The position numbers were made by a program, and so were the translations under genes. 64,000 nucleotides of DNA from Octopus bimaculoides (Eukaryota): positions 12,294,938 to 12,358,937 of the forward strand of contig NC_068987.1 of NCBI RefSeq assembly GCF_001194135.2, given 5' to 3'. The notes beneath the pieces were generated by a model that did not search any database, was not told where the DNA came from, and worked only from the letters and a program-made list of their open reading frames with translations. Positions 61,925 through 64,000 of this stretch are shown in pieces. Within the stretch, counting starts at the first letter, position 1; each line of letters starts with the position of its first letter.

Positions 61925-62350
61925 ACTCTTTACTCTCTTTTACTCTTTTACTTGTTTCAGTCATTTGACTGTGGCCATGCTGGAGCACCGCCTTTAGTCG
62001 AGCAAATCGACCCCAGGACTTATACTTTGGAAGCCTAGTACTTATTCTAGCGGTCTCTTTTGCCGACCCGCTAAGTTACGGGGACGTGAACGCACCACCA
62101 TCGGTTGCCAAGCGATGCTGGGGGGACAAATACAGACACACAAACATATACACATACACACACATACATATATATATATATATACATATATACGACAGGC
62201 TTCTTTCAGTTTCCATCTACCAAATCCACTGACAATGCTTTGGTCGGCCCAAGGCTATAGTAGCAGACACTTGCCCAAGGTGTCACGCAGTGGGAATGAA
62301 CCCAGAACCATGTGGCTGGTAAGCAAGCTACTTACCACACAGCCACTCCT
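61925..62350 (-). mobile_element. SINE family A, full length
   Basis: Reverse complement of the adjacent copy. Confidence 0.95.
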
Positions 62351-62382
62351 TATCATCACAAAAGAAATTAAACTGACTGAAT

Positions 62383-62798
62383 GGCGTAGGAGTGGCTGTG
62401 TGGTAAGTAGCTTGCTTACCAACCACATGGTTCCGGGTTCAGTCCCACTACGTGGCACCTTGGGCAAGTGTCTTCTACTATAGCCTTGGGCCGACCAAAG
62501 CCTTGTGAGTGGATTTGGTAGACAGAAACTGAAAGAAGTCCGTCGTATATATGTGTATATATGTGTGTGTGTGTGTATGTTTGCGTGTCTGTGTTTGTCC
62601 CCCCAACATCGCTTGACAACCGATTCTGGTGTGTTTACGTCCCCGTAACTTAGCGGGTCGGCAAAAGAGACCGCTAGAATAAGTACTAGGCTTCCAAAGT
62701 ATAAGTCCTGGGGTCGATTTGCTCGACTAAAGGCGGTGCTCCAGCATGGCCACAGTCAAATGACTGAAACAAGTAAAAGAGTAAAAGAGTAAAAGAGA
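62383..62798 (+). mobile_element. SINE family A, full length, young
   Basis: Near consensus. Confidence 0.95.
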
Positions 62799-63840
62799 AT
62801 GAATGACTTATGACTCACTTCCTATGATGGAAATTTGGCTGATATTTCTAACCTCTGTCATAAATATCATCTGAGTCAAGAAAATGACAGTCAAATTTGC
62901 CTCAAATCACACCTTAACATCTTAGAAGAAGGCTGCTCTTCAGTCAGAGCTCAACTGGAGTTAAACCACAACAAAAATACCAGTTAACATTTAATATCAT
63001 GACATTTGGCATTATAAATAAATAATATTTAATATTAGTTAGATATGCAATATCTGAATCAGAGATAAATATCTCCAGGCATAAAGAGCTGGTAAAAGAG
63101 GCCAAACATTAATACGTATCATATTACTGCTCCATTCAATGTGGCAATAATACCAATATAATAGTAAATCAGCAGCTGTCTGCCAACTGACAGCAGGAAA
63201 CATCAAAGACTGCAATCATTATTGTATTCTAGACATAATCCATCAGTTTTTTAAATCATGCTTCAGCCATTATTTCAAACAAATATAGATTGTGTTTTCT
63301 TTTGTTTCTTGAGAAAAAGAAAAAAGAAAAATACACCAAGTGCAAATTTAACTGTTTTCTTTCAAGAACTAAAACTTTTGAACTGGATTGAAAACAAAAG
63401 ACTATATTAAGGATTAAAGCAAGCCGAAGCTTGTTCTTGATTGCTTAATTACTGTACTTGATGGCATGAAAGGTGCAGGGGTATATGAGACAAACCCTAA
63501 TTTTAGCAGTGCACGTCCAGGGAAAACAATTGGGATATGACATATGACTTCTCGTCATCACTGTTATATCTGAACTGTTATAATATCAAACATCCCTGAT
63601 GTTGCCTTTTTACTCCCAAACTGTGTATCTTCAACAAGCTCTCCAAGTGTGACGAAAGAACTCTGGCCGAAATAGGATTAATGTAATATAATGTAATATA
63701 AAGCTAAAGCAAATTAACACCAAATATACAGTGCGTGTGTTTTTATTGACTAAACTGGCAATATGACCATCCCCAAGTACAACAACATCTGTTTCAACAC
63801 ATGATTTCACATCAAAAATCTTGCAAAACAAATATATATC

Positions 63841-64000
63841 ATCATCGTCATCATCATCATCGTTTAACGTCCGCTTTCCATGCTAGCATGGGTTGGACGA
63901 TTTGACTGAGGACTGGTGAAACCGGATGGCAACACCAGGCTCCAGTCTGATTTGGTAGAGTTTCTACAGCTGGATGCCCTTCCTAACGCCAACCACTCAG
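63841..64000 (-). mobile_element. Young SINE C 3' end (runs off window)
   Basis: Nearly identical to 49322-49436 and to the reverse complement of 53672-53770. Confidence 0.92.

Noticed and set aside
63400-63700. GC-richer unique segment with protein-like short frames on both strands
   Set aside because: No consistent splice-site-bounded open frame and no recognised motif

Overview
This is AT-rich, repeat-dense animal genomic DNA from a gapped draft assembly with 11 N-gaps. The repeat families match my recollection of octopod cephalopod (Octopus-like) repeats, which is an inference and not a database result. I found no rRNA, true tRNA gene, CRISPR array, or recognisable conserved protein-coding gene. 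Almost all supplied ORFs come from microsatellites, N-gaps or SINEs. The window is dominated by tRNA-headed or LINE-tailed SINE-like families, labelled here A, A2, B, C, D and E (my labels). It also holds DNA-transposon MITEs (piggyBac/TTAA, hAT, mariner) and decayed fossils: a near-full-length mariner, an R4/Dong-like RLE LINE 3' end, a CR1-like 3' end, an RTE-like zinc-finger end and a Helitron N-terminus. The main non-repeat signal is a CpG-retaining domain at about 16.1-23.8 kb within otherwise CpG-decayed DNA. It contains a GC-rich promoter/first-exon-like segment with a well-formed minus-strand intron. A few isolated splice-signal-supported exon or microexon candidates occur on both strands. 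These cannot be assigned to a gene from sequence alone. SINE coordinates are approximate (about +/-10-20 nt).
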